Positions 28,128 to 39,765 of a stretch of DNA of 54,996 bases are shown piece by piece. The position numbers and the translations under genes were made by a program. Position 1 is the first letter of the stretch. Every line of letters begins with the position of its first letter. Source of the DNA: a virus (lineage: Duplodnaviria; Heunggongvirae; Uroviricota; Caudoviricetes); the IMG/VR virus record IMGVR_UViG_3300045988_171436, positions 1-54,996 of that record, one strand, 5' to 3'. The notes beneath the pieces are model-generated. The model worked only from the letters and a program-made list of their open reading frames with translations. It was not told the DNA's origin and made no database searches.

Positions 28128-29952
28128 ATTTGAGCTTAAGGCGTTGATCACCGGTGTCGACAGGCTTTCTCCCGCGCTGTCGAAAATGCAAAAGAAAATC
28201 CGGGGATTTAAACGCCAGGCGGAAGAAGCGTCACAGGGTGGGCTGGCGCTTGGTGGCGGACTGGCAGCGGGTCTGACGCTTTCCCTGAAATCTTATGCCG
28301 ATCAGGAAAACGCCGCCACCGGGCTGAAAGTCGCCATGATGGATGCGAACGGCGAGGTCGGAAAGAGCTTTCAGGACATCAATAAACTGGCTATTGGCCT
28401 GGGTAACCAGCTACCCGGTACAACGGCTGATTTTCAGAACATGATGCAGATGCTGGTGCGTCAGGGGATCCCGGCAGAAAACATTCTTGGCGGTGTGGGT
28501 AAAGCGACGGCTTATCTTGCGGTACAACTGAAAAAAACACCGGAAGCGGCTGCTGAGTTTGCCGCAAAGATGCAGGATGCTACCGGAACGGCGTCAGAAG
28601 ACATGATGGGGCTGTTCGACACTATCCAGAAAGCGTTTTATCTGGGCGTTGACGATACCAACATGTTGTCCTTCTTCACTAAAACCAGTTCTGTTCTGAA
28701 GATGGTGAATAAGGACGGTCTTCAGGCTGCACAGAGCCTTGCCCCTATCAGCGTCATGATGGATCAGATGGGGATGAACGGGGAGTCGGCAGGTAATGCC
28801 CTGCGAAAAGTTATCCAGTCCGGATTAAGCGTTAAGAAAATCAGGGACGTCAATAAAGTCATGGCCCGCCAGAAACTCGGAGTGCAGCTCGATTTTACTG
28901 ACGGCAAAGGGAGTTTTGGCGGTCTTGATAACATGTTTAAGCAACTGGCAAAGCTGCGAAAACTGACCGACGTTAAGCGAACCGGTGTACTTAAGGCAAT
29001 ATTTGGTGATGATGCTGAAACCCTTCAGGTGGTCAATGCTCTGATCGATAAAGGAAAGGATGGTTACGATCAGATCCAGCAGAAGATGAATAAACAGGCC
29101 AGCCTGAATAAACGTGTTCAGGCACAGCTTGGTACGCTGTCCAACCTGTGGGAGGCAATGACGGGGACCGCAACTAACGGTCTTGCAGCTATTGGCGGCG
29201 CATTTTCTGGTGACGCCAAAAATATCACGCAATGGCTGGGGGAGTTAGGGGAAAAATTCACGAAGTTTGCGGATGAAAATCCCAGGGTTATTCGCGGCGT
29301 CGTCGGGCTTGCTGCCGGTCTTGCGATTCTGAAACTGGGATTGATGGGCGTTGGCGGTGCCATCAGTATTGTCAGCAGGATTATGTCGATGACGCCGATT
29401 GGCATGATTGCGACGGCGATAGCCCTGGCTGCGGGATTAATTATCACTAACTGGGATGTTGTCGGACCTTATTTTAAGAAACTCTGGGAAACCATTGGTC
29501 CTTATTTTGAGGCTGGCTGGGAACTTCTTAAGAAGGTTTTTGCCTGGTCGCCGCTGGGGATAGTGATCAATAACTGGGGACCGGTTGTTAAGTGGTTTCA
29601 GGATATGTGGGACAAGCTGAAGCCAATTATTGAGTGGTTTACCGACAGTTCCGGTGACACGGTCGATGCCATTAACTCTGCGCAGTGGGGCGCGGGTGCT
29701 TATGATGCTTATGGGACGGGAATACCGGCGCGGGGATACACACCTTATCCGGCGGTAGATCCGGCTCAGTCAAACAACGCCTCCGATGCCACAGGCCCGA
29801 ATCCCTTCATGATTAACAAAGCTATCGCGCCAAAAGTTGATGGCGAGATCAAGGTTTCATTTATGAATATGCCACCAGGTATGCGGGTTACGGAAACACG
29901 TTCCAGTGGCATTGATATTAATCACGATGTTGGGTACACCAGATTTAGGTAA
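28120..29952 (+). CDS. Tail tape measure protein
   Basis: 610 aa, Ala/Gly-rich, hydrophobic central segment. Confidence 0.8.
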   Translation: MAEFELKALITGVDRLSPALSKMQKKIRGFKRQAEEASQGGLALGGGLAAGLTLSLKSYADQENAATGLKVAMMDANGEVGKSFQDINKLAIGLGNQLPGTTADFQNMMQMLVRQGIPAENILGGVGKATAYLAVQLKKTPEAAAEFAAKMQDATGTASEDMMGLFDTIQKAFYLGVDDTNMLSFFTKTSSVLKMVNKDGLQAAQSLAPISVMMDQMGMNGESAGNALRKVIQSGLSVKKIRDVNKVMARQKLGVQLDFTDGKGSFGGLDNMFKQLAKLRKLTDVKRTGVLKAIFGDDAETLQVVNALIDKGKDGYDQIQQKMNKQASLNKRVQAQLGTLSNLWEAMTGTATNGLAAIGGAFSGDAKNITQWLGELGEKFTKFADENPRVIRGVVGLAAGLAILKLGLMGVGGAISIVSRIMSMTPIGMIATAIALAAGLIITNWDVVGPYFKKLWETIGPYFEAGWELLKKVFAWSPLGIVINNWGPVVKWFQDMWDKLKPIIEWFTDSSGDTVDAINSAQWGAGAYDAYGTGIPARGYTPYPAVDPAQSNNASDATGPNPFMINKAIAPKVDGEIKVSFMNMPPGMRVTETRSSGIDINHDVGYTRFR

Positions 29953-29984
29953 AGACGAACAGGGAGGGCCGCCCCTCCCTGAAC

Positions 29985-30431
29985 TTACTGTGCGAACACG
30001 CAATTTCGGCCTGATGGGGAGCCGACAATTCTGGACATTTTTTCGCAAATAACAGTTACTTGTTCTCCTTTTTTAAGAGCAGCAGCTGTTGATTTTTCAG
30101 AGTCTTGCATTTCCATTCTTGCTGGCATGAATTCATTTTCAGTTCTGAATTTAATAATTATAGAGTCAGTAAAGTCCTTATCAATGGATTGTACGATACC
30201 TCTAACGGCGATTAATTTACCTTTTAACTGTTCATCGGTAGCGACTTCATTTTCTTCATACTGTTTAAACAGCTGTCGAGCAGTAGTGTTGTAGATTTCT
30301 TTTTGCGGTGCCGCAGCTTCCGTATCGGATGAGTATGAAGAATTAGAGCCTTTATCGTTATTGCCTGCAAAATATCCAATAATCACCAACCCGATGAAAA
30401 TATATAAAATCCATTTTAATAATTTCTTCAT
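29985..30431 (-). CDS. Membrane-anchored OB-fold (tRNA_anti-like) protein, antisense moron in tail cluster
   Basis: N-terminal MKKLLKWILYIFIGLVIIGYFAG anchor; ...YEENEVATDEQLKGKLIAVRGIVQSIDKD... pattern of tRNA_anti-like OB-fold proteins (recalled); AT-rich. Confidence 0.55.
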   Translation of the reverse strand: MKKLLKWILYIFIGLVIIGYFAGNNDKGSNSSYSSDTEAAAPQKEIYNTTARQLFKQYEENEVATDEQLKGKLIAVRGIVQSIDKDFTDSIIIKFRTENEFMPARMEMQDSEKSTAAALKKGEQVTVICEKMSRIVGSPSGRNCVFAQ

Positions 30432-30541
30432 GTTATCACCTTAATGCTAATGATTTATATAGTTACAAATGGTAATGGCTACCACTACAAATTATGGCAT
30501 TACCAGTAAATATTACTACTGATAATAAATATGGGACTTAT

Positions 30542-31870
30542 ATGACGTGGAAAGACAGGCTTCAGGATGCGTCATTTCGCAGCGTGCCGTTTAAGGTTGA
30601 AGAAGAAAGTGCGGGAACCGGTCGTCGTGTGGAAACACATGAATACCCGAACCGCGACAAACCCTATACCGAAGACCTGGGGAAAATCACTTTCCGCCCG
30701 TCCATCACGGCTTATGTGGTGGGAGATGACTGCTTTGACCAGCGTGATCGCCTGATTGAAGCGCTGAATAAACCCGGTCCCGGCACGCTTGTCCATCCGA
30801 CATACGGTGAGTTGAAAGTCTGTGTTGACGGGGAAGTTCGGGTCAGCACATCGAAGAGTGAAGGGCGTATTGTCCGCTTTGACCTGAAGTTTGTCGAAGC
30901 GGGAGAACTCTCTTACCCCACATCAGGCGTGGCGACGGCGCAGACGCTGATGTCATCCTGTTCTGCACTGGATGACTGCATCAGTGACAGCTTCAGCGGT
31001 TTCAGTATCGATGGCGTGGCGGATTTTGTGCAGAACGACGTTATCGGTAATGCCAGCACAATGCTTGGGTATGTTTCTGATGCGATGAAAGTGGTGGATT
31101 CTGCTGTATCGGATGCCGCCAGGCTGTTGCAGGGGGATATCTCGGTACTTATGCCGCCGCCATCGTCAGGAAAAAATTTCGTTGAGCAGGTGCAGAAAAT
31201 GTGGCGTACCGGAAAACGCCTTTATGGTAACGCCAGCGACTTGGTCACCATGATCAAAACGCTTTCTGGTGTCAGCCTCGGCAGCGATTTGCAACCGCGC
31301 GGCGTCTGGAAAACGGACAGTAAAACCACCGCCACAGCGACGCAGCAGCGTAACATGGTTGCCAGCACCCTTCGTACGACTGCAATCAGCGAAGCGGCGT
31401 ATGCCGTTACCCGATTGCCTGCGCCAACAACTTCTGCGGTGATGCAGAATGCCGCAGTGGGGCAGTCAACAACACCCGCGCAGAGCTCCGGCTGGCCTGC
31501 CGTCACGCATCCGGTGCTGAACAATGCACCGGCGGTGAAAAACACGGTTGACCTGCCAACGTGGGAAGAACTGACCGACATTCGCGACACACTGAATACG
31601 GCAATTGATAAGGAGTTGTCCCGTACAACCAGTGATGCGCTGTTTCTGGCGCTGCGCCGGGTGAAAGCAGATCTGAATGCGGATATCAACACGCGCCTTG
31701 AACAGTCTGCTCGGATCATTCAGCGCACGCCGGATGAGGTTTTACCCGCGCTGGTGCTGGCGGCGACCTGGTTTGATAACGCGGCGCGTGACGCGGACAT
31801 TATCCGGCGTAATGCCATTACGCATCCCGGTTTTGTGCCGGTGATCCCTCTGAAGGTGCCAGTGCAATGA
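30542..31870 (+). CDS. DNA circulation protein (Mu N-like)
   Basis: MTWKDRLQDASFRSVPFKV N-terminus; position after tape measure. Confidence 0.65.
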   Translation: MTWKDRLQDASFRSVPFKVEEESAGTGRRVETHEYPNRDKPYTEDLGKITFRPSITAYVVGDDCFDQRDRLIEALNKPGPGTLVHPTYGELKVCVDGEVRVSTSKSEGRIVRFDLKFVEAGELSYPTSGVATAQTLMSSCSALDDCISDSFSGFSIDGVADFVQNDVIGNASTMLGYVSDAMKVVDSAVSDAARLLQGDISVLMPPPSSGKNFVEQVQKMWRTGKRLYGNASDLVTMIKTLSGVSLGSDLQPRGVWKTDSKTTATATQQRNMVASTLRTTAISEAAYAVTRLPAPTTSAVMQNAAVGQSTTPAQSSGWPAVTHPVLNNAPAVKNTVDLPTWEELTDIRDTLNTAIDKELSRTTSDALFLALRRVKADLNADINTRLEQSARIIQRTPDEVLPALVLAATWFDNAARDADIIRRNAITHPGFVPVIPLKVPVQ

Positions 31871-32946
31871 ACGACAATGTCACGCTACGGGTAAATGGCC
31901 GGGAGTGGAATGGCTGGACATCGGTGCGCATCGGTGCCGGTATTGAACGGCTGGCACGGGATTTCAGTGTGGAGATCACCCGCCAGTGGCCGGGAGATGA
32001 GGGTATCACCACGCTTCAACCGCGTATTAAAAACGGTTCAAAAGTGGAAGTTCTGATTAGTGATGAACTGGTGATCACCGGCTGGGTGGAGGCGACGCCC
32101 GTTCGTTACGATGCCCGTTCGGTCAGCACTGGTATTGCCGGACGCAGTCTGACCGCTGACCTGATTGACTGTGCAGCCGAACCGACACAGTTTAACGGAC
32201 GATCGCTGGTACAGATTGCGCAGGCGCTTGCTGCGCCTTTCGGCATTGAGGTGGTGAACAACGGTGCGCCGTCGGGCGTTATTCCTGATGTCCAGCCTGA
32301 TCACGGCGAAACGGTGATTGAGGTGATCAACAAAATACTCGGTCAGCAGCAGGCACTGGCTTACGACGACCCGCACGGCAGGCTGGTGATTGGCGGTATT
32401 GGCTCAACGCGGGCACATACCGCGCTTGTACTCGGGGAAAACATCCTTTCCTGCGATACGGAGAAGAGTATCCGGGAGCGGTTTTCTGTTTACCAGGTGG
32501 CGGGGCAGCGTGCCGGAAACGACGATGATTTCGGTGAGGCCACCACCACCGCGCTGCGGGCCCGCACAGAGGACGCATTTATTTCCCGTTACCGTCCGAT
32601 GTATATCAGGCAGACAGGGCAGGCCACGGGGGCAGGCTGTATTGCCCGTGCTGACTTTGAAGCCCGACAACGGGCGGCGCGGACGGATGAAACCACCTAT
32701 GTGGTGCAGGGCTGGCGACAGGGTAACGGTACGCTGTGGCAGCCCAACCAGCGGGTGATTGTCTTCGATCCGGTCTGTGGTTTCGACAATACCGAACTGC
32801 TTGTCTCGGAAGTCACGTTTACTCTGGACCAGAACGGCACCCTGACGGAAATCCGTGTCGGCCCACCTGATGCTTATCTGCCTGAACCCGAAGCCCCCGG
32901 CGCGCGGAAAAAGAAAAAAGCCAGAGTACAGGAGGACCCGTTCTGA
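31867..32946 (+). CDS. Baseplate/tail protein (Mu P-like)
   Basis: 359 aa, synteny. Confidence 0.6.
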   Translation: MNDNVTLRVNGREWNGWTSVRIGAGIERLARDFSVEITRQWPGDEGITTLQPRIKNGSKVEVLISDELVITGWVEATPVRYDARSVSTGIAGRSLTADLIDCAAEPTQFNGRSLVQIAQALAAPFGIEVVNNGAPSGVIPDVQPDHGETVIEVINKILGQQQALAYDDPHGRLVIGGIGSTRAHTALVLGENILSCDTEKSIRERFSVYQVAGQRAGNDDDFGEATTTALRARTEDAFISRYRPMYIRQTGQATGAGCIARADFEARQRAARTDETTYVVQGWRQGNGTLWQPNQRVIVFDPVCGFDNTELLVSEVTFTLDQNGTLTEIRVGPPDAYLPEPEAPGARKKKKARVQEDPF

Positions 32947-33494
32947 TGAGTACGATTGAAGCCATGCAGCGACAACTCCTCGGCCTGATTGGGCGGGCCG
33001 TGGTGAAAAGCATCAGTGCCGCCACGAAATGTCAGACCGTGGATGTGTCCCTGATTGCCGGTGAACCCAAAGCCGGGGTTGAACATCTTGAACCCTACGG
33101 TTTTACCGCAAGGGCAAACAGCGGTGCGGAAGCGGTGGTGTTGTTTCCGGATGGCGACCGTTCTCATGCGGTGGTTGTTACGGTGTCGGACCGGCGCTAC
33201 CGCCTGAAAGGGCTGCAGACGGGTGAGGTGGCTGTCTATGACGATCAGGGGCAGTCCGTGACACTGACCCGGGAGGGGATCGTGGTGGACGGTGCAGGTA
33301 AAACGATCACGTTTTGCAATTCACCTAAAGCACGTTTTGAAATGGACCTTGAAGTGACCGGACAGGTGAAAGACCTGTGCGACTCCGGCGGCACCACCAT
33401 GTCAGCGATGCGGCTTGCCTATAACGGGCATCGTCACAGAGAGAACGGTCAGGGCAGTAACACCGACAAACCTGATAAAGCGATGGAGGCATGA
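32946..33494 (+). CDS. Baseplate assembly protein V (spike)
   Basis: 182 aa, synteny. Confidence 0.6.
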   Translation: MSTIEAMQRQLLGLIGRAVVKSISAATKCQTVDVSLIAGEPKAGVEHLEPYGFTARANSGAEAVVLFPDGDRSHAVVVTVSDRRYRLKGLQTGEVAVYDDQGQSVTLTREGIVVDGAGKTITFCNSPKARFEMDLEVTGQVKDLCDSGGTTMSAMRLAYNGHRHRENGQGSNTDKPDKAMEA

Positions 33495-33919
33495 TGGAAC
33501 TGTGGCTGACGGTGAACGGTAAACGCACCTGCGCCAGCGCACCGCTGGATCCGCTGACCCGCGCCGTGGTGATTTCCATGTTTACCTGGCGGCGGGCGGA
33601 GCCTGATGACAATGCCGACGTCCCGATGGGATGGTGGGGGGATACCTGGCCTGCGGTACAGAATGACCGTTACGGCTCCCGACTGTGGCTGCTTCAGCGC
33701 AGCAAACTGACCAATCAACTGGTGCAGACGGTAAGGGGGTATATCCGCGAATGCCTGCAATGGATGATTGATGACGGCGTGGTGTCCCGTATTGATCTGG
33801 ATATCCGCCGCACCGGGATTAATGAACTGGGTAACAGTATCACTCTCTGGCGTCGTGACGGACCGGTAATGATTTCTTTTGATGATCTGTGGAGTGCGAT
33901 AACGCATGGCGGACAGTGA
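33491..33919 (+). CDS. GP46-like baseplate protein
   Basis: 142 aa, synteny. Confidence 0.55.
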   Translation: MMELWLTVNGKRTCASAPLDPLTRAVVISMFTWRRAEPDDNADVPMGWWGDTWPAVQNDRYGSRLWLLQRSKLTNQLVQTVRGYIRECLQWMIDDGVVSRIDLDIRRTGINELGNSITLWRRDGPVMISFDDLWSAITHGGQ

Positions 33920-34964
33920 ATTTCAGCGCCCGACGCTGGCAGAAAATATCAGTATGCTCCGTAACGATTTATTCGCCAGGCTGGACGTCAGCGACACGCT
34001 CCGGCGCATGGATGAAGACGTGCGGGCAAAGGTGTATGCGGCGGCGCTGCATACGGTTTACGGGTACATCGATTATCTGGCAATGAACATGCTGCCTGAC
34101 CTGTGCGATGAGTCCTGGCTGGCGCGACATGCTGCGATGAAACGGTGTCCGCGCAAGGGGGCCACGGCTGCCAGCGGGTATATGCGCTGGGAAGGTGTCA
34201 GCGATGGCCTGAAGGTGACCGCCGGAAGTGTTATTCAGCGCGATGACCTGGTTCAGTACACGGCAACTGCCGATGCAACCAGCACCGGTGGTGTCCTGCG
34301 CGTGCCGATCGCCTGCTCAAGTGCAGGCGCGGTCGGTAACGCTGACGACGGTACGTCATTAATTTTGGTCACGCCGGTTAATGGTCTGCCGTCTTCCGGC
34401 GAGGCAGATACCCTGACAGGTGGATTTGATACTGAAGAGCTGGAAACGTGGCGCGCCCGCGTCATTGAGCGGTATTACTGGACGCCTCAGGGCGGGGCTG
34501 ACGGGGACTATGTCGTCTGGGCTAAAGAAGTGCCCGGCATTACCCGCGCATGGACATACCGACACTGGATGGGAACGGGGACTGTCGGTGTGATGATTGC
34601 CAGCAGTGACCTGATTAACCCCATTCCGGAAGAATCAACGGAAACAGCGGCAAGACAACATATCGAGCCACTGGCCCCGGTGGCAGGCTCTGATTTGTAT
34701 GTATTCAGGCCGGTGGCACATACGGTGGATTTTCATATCCGCGTGACGCCGGACACACCAGAAATACGAGCCGCCATCACCGCGGAGTTGCGTTCGTTTC
34801 TTCTGCGTGATGGTTATCCGCAGGGAGAACTGAAGGTATCGCGTATCAGTGAGGCGATTTCCGGTGCGAACGGGGAATACAGCCATCAGTTGCTTGCACC
34901 GGCAGACAATATCTCCATTGCGAAAAATGAACTGGCGGTTCTGGGGACGATTTCATGGACGTGA
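33906..34964 (+). CDS. Baseplate J-like protein
   Basis: 352 aa, synteny. Confidence 0.7.
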   Translation: MADSEFQRPTLAENISMLRNDLFARLDVSDTLRRMDEDVRAKVYAAALHTVYGYIDYLAMNMLPDLCDESWLARHAAMKRCPRKGATAASGYMRWEGVSDGLKVTAGSVIQRDDLVQYTATADATSTGGVLRVPIACSSAGAVGNADDGTSLILVTPVNGLPSSGEADTLTGGFDTEELETWRARVIERYYWTPQGGADGDYVVWAKEVPGITRAWTYRHWMGTGTVGVMIASSDLINPIPEESTETAARQHIEPLAPVAGSDLYVFRPVAHTVDFHIRVTPDTPEIRAAITAELRSFLLRDGYPQGELKVSRISEAISGANGEYSHQLLAPADNISIAKNELAVLGTISWT

Positions 34965-35539
34965 CAAACGATGATTACATCCGTCTGTTGTCGGCACTGT
35001 TGCCCCCTGGTCCGGCGTGGTCAGCCAGCGATCCGGCGATTGCCGGTGCGGCACCGTCATTAACCCGTGCTCATCAGCGTGCGGATGCCCTGATGCGGGA
35101 GCTGGATCCGCGCACCACCACCGAACTGATAAACCGCTGGGAGCGTCTGTGCGGCCTGCCGGATGAATGTATTCCGGCAGGGACGCAGACCCTTCGCCAG
35201 CGTCAGCAACGGCTGGATGCGAAGGTTAACCTGGCGGGCGGCATCAACGAGGATTTTTATCTTGCACAGCTTGCTGCCCTGGGCAGGCCAGATGCCACCA
35301 TCACGCGATACGACAAAAGCACCTTCACCTGCTCATCGGCCTGTACTGACGCGGTGAATGCGCCGGAATGGCGGTATTACTGGCAGATCAACATGCCAGC
35401 CGCCACCAACACCACCTGGATGACATGTGGCGATCCCTGTGATTCCGCGCTGCGTATCTGGGGCGACACCGTTGTCGAATGTGTGCTTAACAAACTCTGC
35501 CCGTCGCATACCTACGTAATTTTTAAATATCCGGAGTAA
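34955..35539 (+). CDS. DUF2313 (YmfQ/Mu gp48-like) tail protein
   Basis: 194 aa, synteny. Confidence 0.6.
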   Translation: MDVTNDDYIRLLSALLPPGPAWSASDPAIAGAAPSLTRAHQRADALMRELDPRTTTELINRWERLCGLPDECIPAGTQTLRQRQQRLDAKVNLAGGINEDFYLAQLAALGRPDATITRYDKSTFTCSSACTDAVNAPEWRYYWQINMPAATNTTWMTCGDPCDSALRIWGDTVVECVLNKLCPSHTYVIFKYPE

Positions 35540-35542
35540 TCC

Positions 35543-36469
35543 ATGCATCGTATAGACACGAAAACCGCGCAGAAGGATAAGTTCGGCGCGGGTAAGAACG
35601 GTTTTACCCGTGGTAACCCCCAGACCGGCACACCTGCCACCGATCTGGATGATGACTACTTTGACATGTTGCAGGAAGAACTCTGCAGCGTGGTGGAGGC
35701 ATCCGGTGCCAGTCTGGAGAAGGGGAGGCACGACCAGCTGCTTACCGCGCTTCGTGCGCTGCTGTTAAGCCGCAAAAATCCGTTTAGCGATATCAAATCG
35801 GACGGCACGGTGAAAACGGCTCTCGAAAACCTTGGTTTGGGAGATACAAGCGGATACGTGGGACGCTGGGTGAATACCCGGGTTTTCACGTCATCAGGTA
35901 CGTACACCCCGACGCCAGGAACAAAACGGATCAGGGTCACAATAACGGGCGGCGGTGGCGGAGGGGGCGGCTGCAAGGCTATATCCAATAATGAAACGTT
36001 TTTCGGTGCTGGCGGCGGGGCAGGTGGGACAGTAATCACCACGCTGATCCTGACGAAGGATAGTTATCCTGTCACTATCGGTGCAGGTGGGGCCGGCGGC
36101 GTTAGTGCGACGAACGGCCTCAAGGGCGGTGATAGCTCGTTCGGATCGGTAATAGCCCCTGGTGGTGAAGGTGGTGGAAAATCAGGAGTCACAAACACGA
36201 ACGGTGGTAACGGCGGCGTGCCAAGTACTGGCGGTATCAACATCATTGGTGGAAATGGAGGCGACGGTCAGTCCGGAAATATCGGCGTCAGCGGTGAAGG
36301 CGGAACATCGTACTGGGGGGGCGGTGGACGCGCAGGCGCTGGCGGTGGTGTTAGTGGTAAGGCATATGGTTCAGGTGGCGGTGGCGCATACGATGCCGGT
36401 TATAGCGGAACCAGTATGACAGGCGGGAAAGGTGCTGCTGGGATTTGTATTATCGAGGAGTTTGCATAA
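35543..36469 (+). CDS. Tail fibre protein with Gly-rich repeat domain
   Basis: 308 aa with long GGxGG repeats. Confidence 0.65.
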   Translation: MHRIDTKTAQKDKFGAGKNGFTRGNPQTGTPATDLDDDYFDMLQEELCSVVEASGASLEKGRHDQLLTALRALLLSRKNPFSDIKSDGTVKTALENLGLGDTSGYVGRWVNTRVFTSSGTYTPTPGTKRIRVTITGGGGGGGGCKAISNNETFFGAGGGAGGTVITTLILTKDSYPVTIGAGGAGGVSATNGLKGGDSSFGSVIAPGGEGGGKSGVTNTNGGNGGVPSTGGINIIGGNGGDGQSGNIGVSGEGGTSYWGGGGRAGAGGGVSGKAYGSGGGGAYDAGYSGTSMTGGKGAAGICIIEEFA

Positions 36470-36885
36470 TGAATGCGTCATATGCAGTTATTGAAAATGG
36501 GATGGTTGTGAATGTCATTGTCTGGGATGGCGAGGCTGAATTCACAGTGCCGGATAATCAGCAGCTCATTGATATTTCTGATATAAGTGAGCATCCCGGA
36601 ATCGGCTGGGTGTATTCAGACGGGGTATTTACTGCGCCGCTCCCTCCGGAACGTTCTCATGATGAACTGGTAGCTGACGCTGAACAGAAAAAACAGTCGT
36701 TGATAGACGCAGCAATGGTCAATATCAGCGTGATTCAGTTAAAGCTGCAGGCCGGGCGCAAACTGACGCAAGAAGAAACTACCCGACTTAACGTTGTGCT
36801 GGATTATATCGAGGCTGTGACGGCAACAGATACCAGCATTGCACCGGATATTGAGTGGCCGGATGAACCGTGCTTCGCTGAGTAA
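36469..36885 (+). CDS. Tail fibre assembly chaperone
   Basis: ATAATG stop/start overlap; [25 protein letters not shown] typical Tfa start. Confidence 0.6.
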   Translation: MNASYAVIENGMVVNVIVWDGEAEFTVPDNQQLIDISDISEHPGIGWVYSDGVFTAPLPPERSHDELVADAEQKKQSLIDAAMVNISVIQLKLQAGRKLTQEETTRLNVVLDYIEAVTATDTSIAPDIEWPDEPCFAE

Positions 36886-36931
36886 AGTCTGTTGAGGATA
36901 AGCGGTTTAATTGTAACTCAATTCTTTTTGT

Positions 36932-36990
36932 GTAATAAAAGTAGGACAAAACTGTGACACATAAAGCCTCGCAATGGTTTGCAAGGCTTT
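36932..36990. repeat. 59-bp imperfect direct repeat, copy 1 (partner 41734-41793), with internal stem-loop
   Basis: About 86 percent identity between copies; internal dyad AAAGCCT-CGCAATGGTTTGCA-AGGCTTT. Confidence 0.7.
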
Positions 36991-37092
36991 GAACGCTTCT
37001 GTATTGATGATGTGACGCGGTTTCGTTTATTTCCATTCTATATATTGATGTCGATTTTTATGAATATAGAGCATACGGATAAACTGCAGTGT

Positions 37093-37127
37093 GATTAGAG
37101 TCAAAGTAATAGTTGTTGACTCTAATC
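37093..37127. terminator. Perfect 12-bp stem-loop downstream of acyltransferase gene
   Basis: GATTAGAGTCAA ... TTGACTCTAATC. Confidence 0.5.
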
Positions 37128-37145
37128 ATTGCAAAGTGACTTTAC

Positions 37146-38213
37146 TTAATGAAATTTATCTCGGATGAATTGTTGCGATGGTTTTTCAATGAATATATAT
37201 GACATATAGCTAATTGCCATTAATGTAAGCATGAATAAAATGAATACCTTGGGGCTGTAAAAAAGATCGCGTCCATAGCCAATCTTGTCAGCTAAATAAA
37301 CAACAATGATTTGTAAAGGAAAATGTAAAAGATAAGATGAATAACTGATATCGCCCAACCATTCAATTTTTTTCCCAAAATCGTTTCGTATTGCGCTAAT
37401 TGATACAAGGAAAAAGATTATGGAGGTAAATCCGAATAAGATAATTGAGAATATATCTGCTACTTGCAGGGTAAAGATAACTCCCCATGAGATCAATAGA
37501 AAAACACAAGCAAAAATAAAAAATAACTTTGCGCTAATATTTTTTATGGCCGCAATCGTAATTTTATAAGTCAGACCACCAATAAAGAAAGAGAATGCGC
37601 CGATCATTATGGGATTGTTAATTTTGAAAAAGTAGTACGACAATGCAACTATTAAAATTGATATGAATGTTGTTTTTGATGTGAACTTGCATAATATAAA
37701 AAATATCATGTACATAAGTACTTCAATCGACACGGACCATGTCGGGGCGTTGAAGGACCAACCTCGCTCAAATCCCCATGATTGAATCATCAATAAATTC
37801 AGAATGGCATGGTAAATGTCATTCATAGGATAAACAAAAAAATAATTATGACTTTTAAAGAAAATAATTTGTAATATTGCCACGGCAGCAAATGTAAATA
37901 TATAAAGTGGATATAATCTACTGACACGGTTAACTATAAAAGTTTTTGCTGAGGTTTTATTGCTGTGTATATTGTCAGCGTATAGATAAAAAAATATGAA
38001 TCCAGAAATCATAAAAAACAATTCGACAGCATATAAACCGTAATGATAAAAGACGGAAAAAAATTCATAAAAAGGTTGGCGGTTTATGATTATGTCAGAT
38101 GCAGCATTCTTTTTCATAAAAAAATGTTGCCAATGCCATAACACAACGGAAAGTGCGGCAAATCCTCTCAGAACATCCAGGGTATATATTCTCTTCCCAA
38201 AAACATTCGTCAC
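37146..38213 (-). CDS. Integral-membrane acyltransferase (acyltransferase-3 family; O-antigen acetylase-like)
   Basis: 355 aa, about 10 TM segments, N-terminal LDVLRGFAALSVVLWH motif; very AT-rich. Confidence 0.8.
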   Translation of the reverse strand: MTNVFGKRIYTLDVLRGFAALSVVLWHWQHFFMKKNAASDIIINRQPFYEFFSVFYHYGLYAVELFFMISGFIFFYLYADNIHSNKTSAKTFIVNRVSRLYPLYIFTFAAVAILQIIFFKSHNYFFVYPMNDIYHAILNLLMIQSWGFERGWSFNAPTWSVSIEVLMYMIFFILCKFTSKTTFISILIVALSYYFFKINNPIMIGAFSFFIGGLTYKITIAAIKNISAKLFFIFACVFLLISWGVIFTLQVADIFSIILFGFTSIIFFLVSISAIRNDFGKKIEWLGDISYSSYLLHFPLQIIVVYLADKIGYGRDLFYSPKVFILFMLTLMAISYMSYIFIEKPSQQFIRDKFH

Positions 38214-38704
38214 AACGAACCTCTTTTAATAAAGTCAAGTGATAATGAAAGATAAATATTGTAAACGAAAAAGCACTGGACTGGAACATATATCTCTGCC
38301 TATAATTTAACTAGGAAAATTTTACTAACGCAGTCATAATTCGTTCATGTATACCAGATGAAAGTACATGTTCTATGAAATAGGGTTTTGCCTGGAGTTT
38401 GAAGGTTTTTAACGATTATACCTGTTTAATCGACTCCCCATGTTTTTTGACATTATCCACCGCACACGATACTGGATGCCAGGTAAACTGATTTGCTGGC
38501 ATAAAGTCACTGAGAATTTTTTACCAACAATATCTTGCCACATCTTTTCCCGCACAGTTTCGGCAATAGAATCAGCGGGCAGCGGTCATCAATATTCACC
38601 AGACATTGATCTGCCGCACTATCTGACCGGTGTCCTGCTGAGAATACTAATTTCTTTTTTTGCAAGTGCTGTCCAATCATGATTGGGGGGGGGCCGGCGG
38701 AGTT

Positions 38705-38744
38705 GAAACCGCAGGTACGTTGTATGCAATAACGTGCTGCGGTT
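38705..38744. repeat. Conserved hairpin element, copy A (partner 39725-39765)
   Basis: GAAACC + stem + core ACGTTGTATGCAATAACGTGCT; stem AAACCGCAG/CTGCGGTTT. Confidence 0.6.
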
Positions 38745-38764
38745 TAATCTTATCAATTGAATAC

Positions 38765-39634
<870 letters not shown>

Positions 39635-39724
39635 CTAACCCTTTGAATTTACATAGCGCAAAAAGATACCTTTCCTCATAATGTGAGCTAATTTTATGTT
39701 TCGTTTGATGATCGGATCGGTCTC

Positions 39725-39765
39725 GAAACCCGTAGCCACGTCGTATGCAAGAACGTGCTACGACT
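39725..39765. repeat. Conserved hairpin element, copy B
   Basis: GAAACC + stem + core ACGTCGTATGCAAGAACGTGCT; stem GTAGCC/GCTAC differs from copy A but pairing is preserved. Confidence 0.6.

Noticed and set aside
35543-36469. Diversity-generating retroelement targeting the tail fibre gene
   Set aside because: No reverse transcriptase and no template/variable repeat pair nearby; the Gly-rich repeats are ordinary fibre low-complexity sequence.
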